A stretch of 63,258 nt of DNA, the filler included, from Nemertoderma westbladi (taxonomy: Eukaryota; Animalia; Xenacoelomorpha): assembly GCA_032718475.1 (NCBI GenBank). It is 4 parts of 4 records of this genome, joined end to end, with 100 filler letters (N's around TTAATTAATTAA, not from the genome) between each part and the next. Parts side by side here need not be neighbours in the genome. Positions count along the whole stretch, not along the records: positions 1 to 22,822 come from JAUCBJ010002457.1; 3 more parts are not named here. One strand, written 5' to 3'. Position 1 is the stretch's first letter; each line of letters starts with the position of its first letter. Positions 1-12,120 of this stretch are shown piece after piece. The translations under genes were made by a program, and so were the position numbers. The notes beneath the pieces were generated by a model that saw only the letters and a program-made list of their open reading frames with translations, made no database searches and was not told the origin of the DNA.

Positions 1-200
1 AACTACGTGTGACGCTCTCGACTGGGGACACGAGTACAACAATGTAGAAAACGACTGGAACCACGTTCCCGATAGAGCCACCGGACGATCAGGTTTGCGT
101 TCGGCCTCGGCCACCCCAGCCGGTAGCTATTACTCCCCCCTCGAACTTGGAGAGTAATCGTATTTCAAATAAGTTAAAATCGTTCTAAATCTAAATTTAC

Positions 201-632
201 TTATCGTACAATGAAAGAGACTTCCTATATTAATTAAGGTTATTTTTTATATAGAATTATCGTACAATGTAAGAGACTTCCTATATTAATTAAGGTTATT
301 TTTTATATAGAATTATCGTACAATGAAAGAGACTTCCTATATTAATTAAGACTTCCTATATTAATTAAGGTTATTTTTTATATAGAATTATCGTACAATG
401 AAAGAGACTTCCTATATTAATTAAGACTTCCTATATTAATTAAGGTTATTTTTTATATAGAATTATCGTACAATGAAAGAGACTTCCTATATTAATTAAG
501 ACTTCCTATATTAATTAAGGTTATTTTTTATATAGAATTATCGTACAATGAAAGAGACTTCCTATATTAATTAAGACTTCCTATATTAATTAAGGTTATT
601 TTTTATATAGAATTATCGTACAATGAAAGAGA
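201..632. repeat. AT-rich minisatellite, 56-bp and 75-bp units, upstream of LINE ORF2
   Basis: TATCGTACAATG recurs at 202, 258, 314, 389, 464, 539, 614. The 75-bp units carry an extra 19-bp GACTTCCTATATTAATTAA. Confidence 0.95.
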
Positions 633-1010
633 CCATATAATTATTAAGTTTAATTTTATTTAGAATTATCGTGCAACCATATAGATAATTCTAGAAAATA
701 CACTAATATCCACCGTTTATTACAAATGTCTTGTTACATCGTAAATTTATATATTGATAAGTTAGGGTCTACGCTAAACTAAATACATATATTTTTAAGT
801 TTTCCCCAAGCTGGCAAACGTTAGAATGTACACTGGTCTGTATTCAATTCTTTTGTGCTCCATTGATAGCCGCTGTAGTTTTAATTACTCACTCTAAGTA
901 AGAACACAACCTCAACCCCCCCCCCCCCCCCCTACCCCTTTTTTAACCTACCCTCCTAATATTCTACACTCATTCTCTAGCACTCTCCCTACACTAACCC
1001 TTCTAATACT

Positions 1011-4000
1011 ATGAATGACAGTAACTGCGATCTTTGCTTCTCAAAATTCATAATATCTGACCTAAAACTAAAATGCGACCTTTGCGATTTAACTTACCAC
1101 TTTCAATGTGGATCCTGTCTTACTCAGCAGGAGGCAAATCAATTTATAAATACATCCCATCCAAATAACATATGGTGCATTTATTGCTACATAAAATTAT
1201 TTCCATTTGCAAGCGTCAGTGATGACGATGATGATATCTTTGACTGTGAGTCTGCTAATCTTAATATTAACTTTGACAATGATTTAACTAATCCCGCATT
1301 TAATGATATCGATCCAGACATTCATTTAATTAATAATATAATTTCCCAAGATTATTACACTGCTGAAACATTTGATAAAAAATTTAGCAATTTCGATAAT
1401 GCCAAATCTCTCTCAGTTTTTCATGTTAATACCCAAAGTCTACCGGCTCATAAGGGCGAAATAACTGATTTTTTGGAAACTATGAATACTAAATTTGACG
1501 TGATTACATTCTCAGAAACCTTTTTATGTAGTAATTCTAATCTTTCAGAAACTCAATTTCCCGGTTATGAGCTGGTATCACAAGACACTCGGGAAACTAA
1601 ACGAGGAGGTACTGCAATTTTTATTAGAAAGAATTTGAATGTACTGGGCGGAATGACTTGAGAATACCCGGGCCAGAAAATTGTTGGGTGGAAGTTAAAC
1701 GACCTCACCCTAATAAGCCGCTAATAATTGGTTGTCTGTATGTTTCTCAGTCAATTGATCGCCATAATTTTATTGATAATCTTGAACACTTATTATCAAC
1801 GCTGGCTGATAGTGGTTATGATGTGATAATAACTGGTGATATGAATATCAACCTAATTTCAACGTGTAAATTAACCCACACTTACCTTCAAACTATAAAT
1901 TCCAACGGTTTTAAACAAATAATAACTAAGCCAACGCGTATTAAAAGTAAAAACCCAACCCTGTTGGATCACATCATAACCAATATCAACACTTCTATAT
2001 GTAATGAGGGTGTTTTTTTAACAGAAATTGCCGATCACTTACCTACATTTTTAATTTTAACCGATTATGCGAATTACTTTAGGCCTGATACTGCTAAATA
2101 TATTCATGACTATTCGAATTTTAATCGCACAACATTTTTGGCTGATCTTTTAAACGTAAACACATGGTCCTATGATAATTCGAATAATCGCCTGGTTGAT
2201 CGCTTTGATATTTTCTACTCTGACCTAAGTGCGGTATGTAAAAAACATGCTCCCCTCAAAAAGTGTTCAAAAAAATCAGTTCCACGTAAACCATGGCTAT
2301 CGGCTGCGCTGCTCAAATCCATTAATAAAAAAAATAAACTGTATGCAAAATATGTCAACAACCCAACCTTAATCAATCATAGTTTGTACAAGGCCTATAG
2401 AAATCGACTGACCACTACCCTGCGGGCCGCCGAACGGGAGTATTACACCTCCCAATTCCATAACAATAAATCAAACATGCGGAAAACTTGGCGCACAATA
2501 AATGATGCACTGGCCGGAATTCAAAAAATTGTATTCCACGTAAACTTTTTGTATCAATAAATAACAATGAGTCGATTATAACAGATCCTACATGTATGGC
2601 GGAATCATTTAACTCATTTTTTACATCCATAGGACCTTCTCTATCAAGTGATATCCCTACTTCTCCTCGTTGTCCATTACGCCACATTCAGCACAAAAAA
2701 TCAAATTCATTTGCACTCATTAATACTACTCCAGTTGAAGTACAATATTACTTATTACAAATAAATGAAGCTTCAGCGTCGAATGACAAATGTCCAACGA
2801 AACTTATAAAAACAGCTGCACATATATTATGTGGTCATATTTCGGAACTAATTAATCTAAGTATCAAACACGGTTTTTTCCCGAATTCTCTCAAGGTAGC
2901 AAAAGTAACCCCAGTTTTTAAATCTGGTGACCCATGTCTTAAGACTAATTATCGCCCTATTTCTTTACTGCCGGTATTGAGCAAAGTGTTTGAACGCATA
3001 ATATATGTCCAGCTGGCCTCTTACTTGGATAAATATTTAATATTAAATAGCTGTCAATTCGGATTTAGGAAAAAATATACTACATCATATGCTATTTTAG
3101 ACATAGCAGAAAAATTACGCGATTTTTTAGATAAAAAAATGTCGTCCTGCGCCATATTTATTGATCTTAAAAAAGCGTTTGATACGCTGGATCACGGTAT
3201 TCTCGTAAATAAACTGAACAGCTATGGTATCAGGGGGGCCCCCCTGCAGCTATTTTCCGATTATCTCTCCAACCGATCCCAATTTGTTACAATAGACAGA
3301 TGCAACTCGACCCTGCTCCCAATTATCTGCGGCGTTCCACAAGGTTCGATCCTTGGGCCGATCTTATTCCTCATATACATTAATGATCTTCCAAACGCAT
3401 CAAATTTCATGACAACCCTTTTCGCGGATGATACAAGTCTCTTAAAATCCATAAAAAATTTACCAACACTTATTAACTCTGTAAATCATGACATTATTGA
3501 TATTATTGAATGGCTGGATGATAATAAATTATCACTGAACCTAAAAAAAACTGAATATACCTTGTTCACAAACTCATCCCTGTCCCAGGAGGCTCTGCCA
3601 AAAGTGAAAATTAAAAATTCTGTAATAGAAAAAGTATCATATACAAAGTATTTGGGAGTTTTAATTGACAGTAAACTAAATTTTAAAGAACATATATCTT
3701 ATATATTGAGAAAGGTTTCTAAATCTTCAGGAATATTTTACAGGCTTCGCCACATTTTTCCGCCACACATCCTACGAATGCTATTTTTCGCACTTATATA
3801 TCCATATATCCAGTACGCCATTATTGTCTGGGGTAGTACTTCTCCGTCGTTACTGAAACCTCTAAGAGTCAAAGTAAACAAAGTACTTAGAGTTATCACC
3901 TTCAGCCATTGGCAGACCTCATCTCTTCCTATTTATCAACAACTCCATATACTCCCATTAGAACAATTATACAAATATCAGGTGTACAATATAATGTTTG

Positions 4001-4266
4001 ATATAAATAACAACATTTCATCCCCACTGGCTCCCCTATTTCATAGAGCTTCTTCAATCCATTCTTATAATACTCGCTTTTCAGCATCTGGATTATTTCA
4101 CCCTCCAAATATTCGACTAAGAGTTGCGGAACAATCTCTATCCTTCCAAGGGCCCCGATTATGGAACTCTTTACCCAATTCATATAGGGTAATTAAAAGT
4201 AAACCTATATTCTTAAAAAATATAAAAAATGGTCTTTTATTTAATCCTAATCAGTTCCAGGATTAA
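1011..4266 (+). pseudogene. CR1-group (CR1/L2/Crack-like) LINE ORF2: PHD finger, APE endonuclease and reverse transcriptase, broken by two frameshifts
   Basis: Three consecutive ORFs. N-terminal C4HC3 pattern (CDLC..CDLC..HFQC..WCIYC). APE motifs HVNTQS, FSET, GGTAIF, TGDMN, LLDH, ADHLP. RT motifs NYRPISLL, QFGFR, DLKKAFD, GVPQGSILGP, FADDT, KYLGV. C-terminal HSYNTR and GPRLWNSLP. Frame changes near 1650 and 2520-2560. Confidence 0.93.
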
Positions 4267-4322
4267 ATATCATATATATATATTAATACATATATATCTC
4301 TAGAATCTAAACCTTTTGAGAA

Positions 4323-5215
4323 CCCGGGCGCACCCGGGCACGTTGTCTCGCTCACTCATTGTGGGCCTTCATTAAATCTACCCGGGCGCGGGGTCACGCT
4401 CACTCCCTGTGGGCCTTTATTAAATCTACCCGGGCACGGGGTCACGCTCACTCCATGTGGGCCTTTTTTAAATCTACCCGGGCGCGGGGTCACGCTCACT
4501 CTTTGTGGGCTTTATAAAATGTACCCGGGCGCGGGGTCACGCTCACTCTTAGTGGGCCTATATTAAATCTACCCGGGCGCGGGGTCACGCTCGCTCTTGG
4601 TGGGCCTTTGTTGGATCTACCCGGGCGCGGGGTCACGCTCACTCTTAGTGGGCCTTTATTAAATCTACCCGGGCGCGGGGTCACGCTCACTCTTAGTGGG
4701 CCTTTATTAAATCTACCCGGGCGCGGGGTCACGCTCACTCTTAGTGGGCCTTTATTAAATCTACCCGGGCGCGGGGTCACGCACACTCTTAGTGGGCCTT
4801 TATTAAATCTACCGGGGCGCGGGGTCACGCTCACTCTTTGTGGGCCTTTATTAAATCTACCCGGGCGCGGGGTCACGCTCACTCTTTGTGGGCCTTTATT
4901 AAATCTACCCGGGCGCGGGGTCACGCTCACTCTTAGTGGGCCTTTATTAAATCTACCCGGGCGCGGGGTCACGCTCACTCTTAGTGGGCCTTTATTAAAT
5001 CTACCCGGGCGCGGGGTCACGCTCACTCTTAGTGGGCCTTTATTAAATCTACCCGGGCGCGGGGTCACGCTCACTCTTAGTGGGCCTTTATTAAATCTAC
5101 CCGGGCGCGGGGTCACGCTCACTCTTAGTGGACCTTTATTAAATCTACCCGGGCGCGGGGTCACGCTCACTCTTAGTGGGCCTTTATTAAAACTACACCG
5201 GGCGCGGGGTCACAC
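4323..5215. repeat. 48-bp GC-rich minisatellite (~18 copies) in the presumed LINE 3' UTR
   Basis: Unit CTCACTCTTAGTGGGCCTTTATTAAATCTACCCGGGCGCGGGGTCACG; period 48 (4761 to 4809). Confidence 0.97.
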
Positions 5216-6105
5216 TTCGAAGTAGTCATCATCAACATCACTGACTTGTCAAATGTTTAGTAAGTTATTATCCCCCAGTAAACCCATAAAAATACAGTTT
5301 ATAGTAATAAAAAATACCTAATATAAATAAAATTTATAAAATACAAATAAATAACAATATAAATTTATGTATAGATAATTAATTAATATATCAGATAATG
5401 CCAAAAATCGCAGTCGACCGCATTTGCTTTTTACTCATTCGGCACTTCTAACTCTTCCAAGAATATCCTATCCTACCTTACGCTATCCTCCTATCTACCC
5501 TATCCTATCCTATCTTACTCTATCCTACCCTATCATATGTCCTACTCTATCCACCTAACCTACCCAGCCTATCCTAACCCTATCCTATCTAACCCTATTA
5601 TAATCTAACTGTATCCTTGTCCCATTCCCTTCCTCTGAAATATCCATCCACCCTCCCTGGTGGGCAGCCGTCCACTAGCAATGCTACTAGGTTGCCCTCC
5701 TTTACCTATATATATATATATTATATTTATATATATACTGATATATATTACAATAATTATGTGTGCTTTAACTATTATGTTTATGTTTATATGGGTAAAA
5801 ATAAATAAATCAATCAAATCAAATCAAAAACCGGGACAGAGGTCTAAGTTTTAAGTTATCAACCCAATACTTTCTTTCTTCCTCATTACTCAAATTTATG
5901 CTTTTTTATTAGCGCATATAGTGGTGCAGCTCGTCCATGTGTCCGGTGAAGTTCACAGTACTTCTTATAACGTTCCGGATTTGTTGCTTTAAGCCAATCA
6001 TCCCGTTTTCTACCTGGTACTGGGGGCCCTGCAAATACTCTAAGAAGTTTTTCTCGAAAATTTATCACAAACTGCAGGGAAGGGTCGGCTGGTAATCTTT
6101 CATAT

Positions 6106-6560
6106 CAAGCAAGCAAAAGCAAACAGTCGGCCTAGCCGGAGGCGACCCGAAGGCTCCTCTTTCGATAGCTGCTACCCGAGGGTAGGGGTGGGCGCTACTC
6201 CTATCCCAAGATTTGCTCCCTATATATTTATATATAATTATGTAAAATGTTATATGATTATATCTGTTGGGAACATAAGTGAAAATGCCACATGTTAAGA
6301 TACATTGTTAATATAGTAGTGGTACGTACTTCGTACTTATCTGTTGTGCATAACTGTTGATATTTAATTGATTATTTAAGTTGAAAAGATCTTGTTAGTG
6401 TTCATGAGTACACAGCAGGGGTGTGGTCGGTACTCCTGTAATTTTCTGGAACTCATTTTATCGATCTCAGTGGATGAAAGGCTGAGTGGACCCTGGCGGG
6501 GCTGAACCTACAACCATTAGATTGCATGCCCAGCGCTCAACCAACTGAGCTACCCCCGCC
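6106..6560 (-). mobile_element. tRNA-derived SINE (degenerate)
   Basis: Minus strand reads GGCGGGGGTAGCTCAGTTGGTTGAGCGCTG (A box) then GGTTCAGCCCC (weak B box). Next comes CACTCAGCCTTTCATCC..GATCGATAAAATGAG, resembling a central domain common in metazoan SINEs. Ends in a (TTGC)n-like tail. Confidence 0.7.
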
Positions 6561-7099
6561 ATCTAGTGGTTCAGAAATAGTGGTTCATTCCTCAGTCTAG
6601 TTTCTTCATATTTTTTGGAATTAGGAACAAAAGCCCTTGTAATAATTGTATTAGTGTTATTAAATTGGCTATTGTAAGAAGTCACTACATATAATCTACT
6701 GATGGCGAGTTTAAGATATTGTTTCATTACGTTATCAACAATTGTTGTCATATTGGGAATACAAGATACAAAAGGTAAGTAAATCCCTTATTTCACATGG
6801 TTTCAGATAATAATAGATACAATACACTTACACGATACAATATACTTTCCTATATTAATTTTGTGGCACTGTGACACTTATAAGGTGAGGGTTCTCACAC
6901 AGTGTTCTAAATCCAGTTGTTACCAACTCTCGGATATTCGCATTATAACAATCAATTAAGAAAAACACAGAGTAATGTAATGCGTAATGACATGACCGTT
7001 AAATGAGTTAAATTTGAGTTAAATGAGACAAATTTGGTTCAGCATCAATGAAATCTTGTTGGCAAAAACGAACATAACCTGCATGATGACTTAGCATTT

Positions 7100-7840
7100 T
7101 CTGAATTGTCTATTTGAGAGAAGGTAGTGGACGATATCCTCATCCATACAACTGATTTCCATGAACACATAAACTCACTACTTTAAACTCTGCAGCATTA
7201 TCTCCCGAAGGGATTAGTCTAAATCAAGCCAAATTAAATTTGCCATTTCTGAAGTTAAATTTGTATGTAACAGAGTTGGATTGGACGCGATGGAATTAAA
7301 GCTGACGCAAGTCAACTCTGTTATTCGTGAGTTTCCCATACAACATTGTCTCTGTGAGCTCAGATCCTTCTTTGGTATAGTTAACAGGCGGGAATATTTT
7401 TCTAGGATATTAGTTTTACCATACCAGTTTTCCTGGAATCCCAATTACAAAGGTCAATGATGCCCTCTGTCCTCCAGTTGCTGTACTTAATTAAGCCATT
7501 CGACACCAATCTCCCATCTCTGTACCAATCTCCCATCCATTGATGCCTCTCGAACTATGGAACTTGGGTTCATTCTACTATTGAGACACTATGATATTTT
7601 TAATCTCATTCAATGAAGATCTAGATTTGTTTCCGACACGGAATTGAGATATGCGATTGTTGAATTGGAACTGCTGGGCTGGCCATCTTGTATGCAGTAC
7701 AGCAATGTTGGCAATAAATCAAGTTAAATAAACTTAAATTATTCAACTGATCATAAACCATAGATATCAATATTGAATGATAAATCAATATCATGAATTG
7801 ATAATCTGAGGTTGCTTAGAATGAAGTAAAAACTTATATC
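7100..7840 (+). pseudogene. Degenerate Ty3/Gypsy pol relic (RT end and RNase H)
   Basis: Manually translated fragments in the expected order: VDDILI (~7127), ELRSFFGIVN (~7356), DASRTMELGFIL (~7542), SRFVSDTELRYAIVELELLG (~7620), TDHKP (~7746). Many stops and frameshifts. Confidence 0.8.
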
Positions 7841-7859
7841 TACCAAGTCGTATGTGAAT

Positions 7860-8292
7860 GACAGAGTAATTGCCCCCCGGAGAATTGTCGTACGGAAAAT
7901 TCCCCCTGGACAATTGCACTCACTAACACTTACCTTCCCAACAATTAATCGCCCTCAAGGAAAATCCATTTTATATTTTAAAAAATTCATGTTTGCTATT
8001 TATGTGCTCAATAATTCCGATATCTTCCATACAAATTAAAAGTTTAGAAATGATGATCAAGGTTAATATTATAACTTGAATTTCATAAAACCATATAGGC
8101 AAACATTCAAAGGATTTCAAAATTTAAAAATATATTCTGTAATTAAGGTATCTGGGGGCAATTTTCCAGGGAGAAATTGTCCGAGGAGCAATTGGCCGGG
8201 GACAATTGTCTGTGGGGCAACTGTCCAGGGGGCAATTGTCAAGGGGGCAATTGTCCAGGGGGTAATTGTCCGGGGGGCAATTGTCCTAGATC
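7860..8292. mobile_element. MITE-like element with inverted arrays of a 15-bp GGGGCAATTGTCC-type motif
   Basis: AATTGCCCCCCGGAGAATTG-type repeats at the left end; GGGGCAATTGTCCAG-type repeats at 8155-8290. Confidence 0.6.
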
Positions 8293-9554
8293 CAGCTGAG
8301 GATAAGCTACAGCATCTCGGCTGTGCTAATAATATATTGGTGATTGGGCAATTGATCAATGGGCAACCGACCCTATTGGGTCTCGACCGTCCTGGTAGCT
8401 CAGTATACACACCCGGCTGGTGATAACCGGAAGTTTGAAACCTAGGTACCGGCTATCGTCCCCCAATAGGGTTGATATTTTTCGCTATGGAGAGCATTAT
8501 CATATTGTCCTATTACATTATATATTTAATTCACCGTCACTCATCCCACAACAATTCACTTATTAATATCAAAGAAGGAATTGTATCGATGTTACCAGTG
8601 CAAACCATGCACGTGTGAAAGCACTGAAGCTTGCTGTGGACTACTACCATAGAAATATCAATATGTGTAAGTTCTTGTTCAGACAGGGGAAAATCGATGC
8701 AAATAAAGCTCATTAGTCTAAAAAAAAGACTGCAACCTTTTCTATTGATTTTGTTTATTGTTTTATATGGAATAATATGTCACTATAACCTGCCCCTAAT
8801 TGTTCATTGTACATTGAGAGAGTTAGTAATTTGGTGAGATCTCGCGTCTATTTGTGTAGACTATAGTCTAATTATTTATTTTTAATATATTTGACTTTCC
8901 TCCTTGAATTCCAGTATACTAATGCTGTGGGGTGGTTCTTGGGTCAGCTACAATGAATGGTACAATTTACATTGTCAAGAAAATGCAAATTATTGGTAAT
9001 CTTCATTTATACCGGGTGTACCTGTAAAGGACCTATATCCTGTGATATGTCCTGTGGAGACTGTTGCATTATCACCCCACATAAAGCCTCAGAAATATAA
9101 AGTTCTAATGGTCTACCATACCCACCAAGATTCATAGTATTACAATTTTATAGTAAAATCCATTAACAATTTGTGAAATTGGTTAAATGAAAGCCATATT
9201 GATGATGATCAGGTCATGATCTTTCCATATTCGTCTTAATTGTGCAATAAGTGGGCAATAATGTCAACAACTTTGTTTAGGTAGACCACCTCAGCAGTAT
9301 TTCTGGAAGTGCAGTGATACAACCTGCCGTATTCTAAAACAAAGAAATCGGAAGAGCACAGTTAATCAGGTGGGCACACATTCATATTTTTAAACTATTC
9401 CTCATTAATATCTGTCACCATCCAAGAGCGAGATCAATGTGGTAAATGATAATGATTAATGATAATGATTAACTTTTCCATCTTCCAACTGAGATCAACT
9501 GCGCGAAATATTTAAGAAGCCAGTGAAAATACCAATGTAAAGGGTACAAAATAA

Positions 9555-9800
9555 CTGAGCCATGTGGGGCGAGCCACGAAGTGAGTGAGCCTTAGCGTAG
9601 TGGTACCATTAATCAACCTGTCGTTCTGTCGTTCTGTCGTTCTGTCGTTCTGTCGTTCTGTCGTTCTGTCGTGTTCAATTTTAAACGTTAATAACTCGGC
9701 CAATCTTTGATGAAATCTATCCAAACTTGGTACACATGTTGTTTGGCAAAAGTTTAGAAATTTTCCAAGTAGAATTTCCGTGTGACCTTCGAGAAGCTAA
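9555..9800 (+). mobile_element. Non-autonomous repeat with internal (CTGTCGTTCT)n microsatellite, DINE/Helentron-like
   Basis: 10-bp repeat at 9618-9672, followed by AATAACTCGG..CCAAACTTGGTAC. A related copy lies at ~49434-49545. Family assignment is inferred from architecture only. Confidence 0.5.
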
Positions 9801-11384
9801 GATAATAGCAGTTAATTAGTTAATTAAGTTGATTGCGGTGAAAACGCCATTTTCAACCTGCCTTTTAAAGGAAATTAATTGTTTTACAGTATAAGATTTA
9901 AATAATTATACTTAAAAATTATACAGATATAATCCCCATACGCCATTCTATTATAGTTTTTAATTAGTTTAAGTGATTTGCTTTAATAAATGTGTCTTTA
10001 ATTGATCTAAACGTAATTAAACCGCACAATTATTGAGTACAAATTTAATCCTTCCCATTATTGGTCAAGTCTCTGCTGGTGTGGAGCTAGCTGCTGGGAG
10101 TTGTGGCTGTAGACTAACCTGAGAGGAATTGTAATAGAGGCAACCAGTATTGCTATTCCAGCCCAATCACTGAATTGTGTTTATTATAGGCTGGACGGGC
10201 CGCATAACCGTTCGACTATTACTACTATTGCTATCTCAGTTAAATGACAGATATAATAACATAAATACAATCCATGGCATGGCTGTTGTAGGCTTCTGAA
10301 ATAGTTTATTCCACAATGTATATGTCTGGTTATTTTTTAATTGAATTTTTGCAAAGTAGTAAAATTAATGTTCTTAAAAATAATATTATTATTTTATATG
10401 TAACCTAGGAAATTAGCTACATTTTTTCGCTGCAGCTTTAAGAGTGTACATTGATTTAATATTATTTCAATACCCATATTACTACATCGGCATAAGATGC
10501 GTTGGCGTTGTATCACACATCTCCACATATCACACATCTCCACATAGATGTATCAACAGTTACTCGCACAGTTTCGAAACTTCGCATAGTTATAACTGTA
10601 TAAAGATCGTCAGTCTGCGTTTAGGAAAAATATTTTATGACAAAACAGGACAAGCGACGAGCGCAACGAGGCATATAATGAAGACGAGTACTGCGTTGAC
10701 TAAATTATTATATAAACCACCTGGCTTCACATATTGATCGCATCCCTAGTTATTATTATTATAAAGATCGTCCTAGCCTGCGTTTAAGAAATATATTTAA
10801 ATACAAAACAGGACGAACGCAAAGAGGCTTATAATGAAAACGAGTACTGCGTTTATTATATTCCTATAAACCACCTGCCTTTGCATATTTAACGTGCGAT
10901 TGGAAATAAGTTCGTGCTACCCTTCCGTGGGTGGTAGATGTCGCGGTTATGTTGTATTGGTGGTTGGGAAGGGTGGGGGGGGGGGGGGAGATTAAAAGGG
11001 GTGAACACGTACTGTCCACCTTTCTTTGATTGATTGGTGGTGTGGGTAAATTTCTCAAAACCTGATTTTGTGATACAGTCGCTGCATTTTAATTTGTATA
11101 TAATAACTAGGCCTCGTGCTGCGCGAAGTCCCCACGAACGTGTTTATTCTGCAGTATGTAGTTCCTTTGCATGAACTCTTTAGAATGGTATCCAAAAGGT
11201 AGTATTAGCCAGGATGTTTCTTCTAAGTGACAGCTTTCTATGCACTTTGCAAAACCAAGTAAGATTTTCTGAGACAGTATATCATATGTGTATAATAGTA
11301 CTTAATAATAATAATAATTGGTTATTTATATAGCGCTTTTCTACGCTTGGTATACTCTGAGCACTTCAGGTGCAATACATAAAA

Positions 11385-12120
11385 GGCCATATCTGAACGG
11401 AAAATTTGTGACAAGGGCGTCCAAACTAAACCCTGATAGTCCTAAAGAATGTGTTCGGAAATAGAAATATCTTGATTGGGCTGCCTCCAAAACCCTACAT
11501 GTATAATATATGAAAAGACACTATAAATAGAAATAGGAGACTTTACACCTGTCAAACTCCAGTAAAACATTACAAGCATGTCCATAATATGTCCAATAAA
11601 AAAGCGAGTGGGTAAGATGATATCCCTTGGAATGGAAAACAGGAGCACTGAAAAGACTTCCATTAGATGTTTGCAACCGGATGGAGATAGGAGAAAAGTC
11701 ACCACCAATTTGGACTAGAAGTAAATTAGGAGACATCGGTATACCAATAAACTATTGTGGAAGCAGTCTCATATTGCTTGATGCCAAAATATGGAGAAAA
11801 AAAAAGTACTATATAGAATTATACCTCATGTAGAGAAACTACTGTGTTAGAGCCAAAATGGATTTCGACCAAATAGATAGTAGAAGTTTGCATATGACGA
11901 AATCACTTGAAAAATTGATAGTTGTTACAAAAGAATGCTAAAAGGAAACACTAAACCATCAGCTGGAAAGAAAATATGACAAAAATCAGGCACAATGATA
12001 CAATACCACCTGTATCAACCACCCTATGTGATCGCAGACCATGATTCAGTGGACAATGCTGGAGAAATAAAGACATGGTCATACCAGATCTACTTTCTGG
12101 CAACCAACACCATAGGCATA
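11385..12120 (+). pseudogene. Degenerate RTE-clade LINE fragment, same family as the copy at 39-41.6 kb
   Basis: GDIGIPINYCGSSLILLDAKI and QNGFRPNR-like RT motifs. 12000-12115 aligns by eye with 41342-41456. Confidence 0.75.

Larger units (their letters stand above)
1..5829 (+). mobile_element. LINE retrotransposon; 5' end probably outside the window, long 3' UTR ending in an AATAAA plus (ATCAA)n-like tail
   Basis: ORF2 as above. Tail AAATAAATAAATCAATCAAATCAAATCAAA at ~5799-5829. An open frame at 2-156 may be the end of ORF1 (weak). Confidence 0.7.

Noticed and set aside
4496-5225. Repetitive ORFs of 224 and 205 aa
   Set aside because: By-products of a stop-free 48-bp unit.
8393-8460. tRNA-like GGTAGCTCAGT start
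   Set aside because: No good B box or cloverleaf; at most a decayed SINE head.
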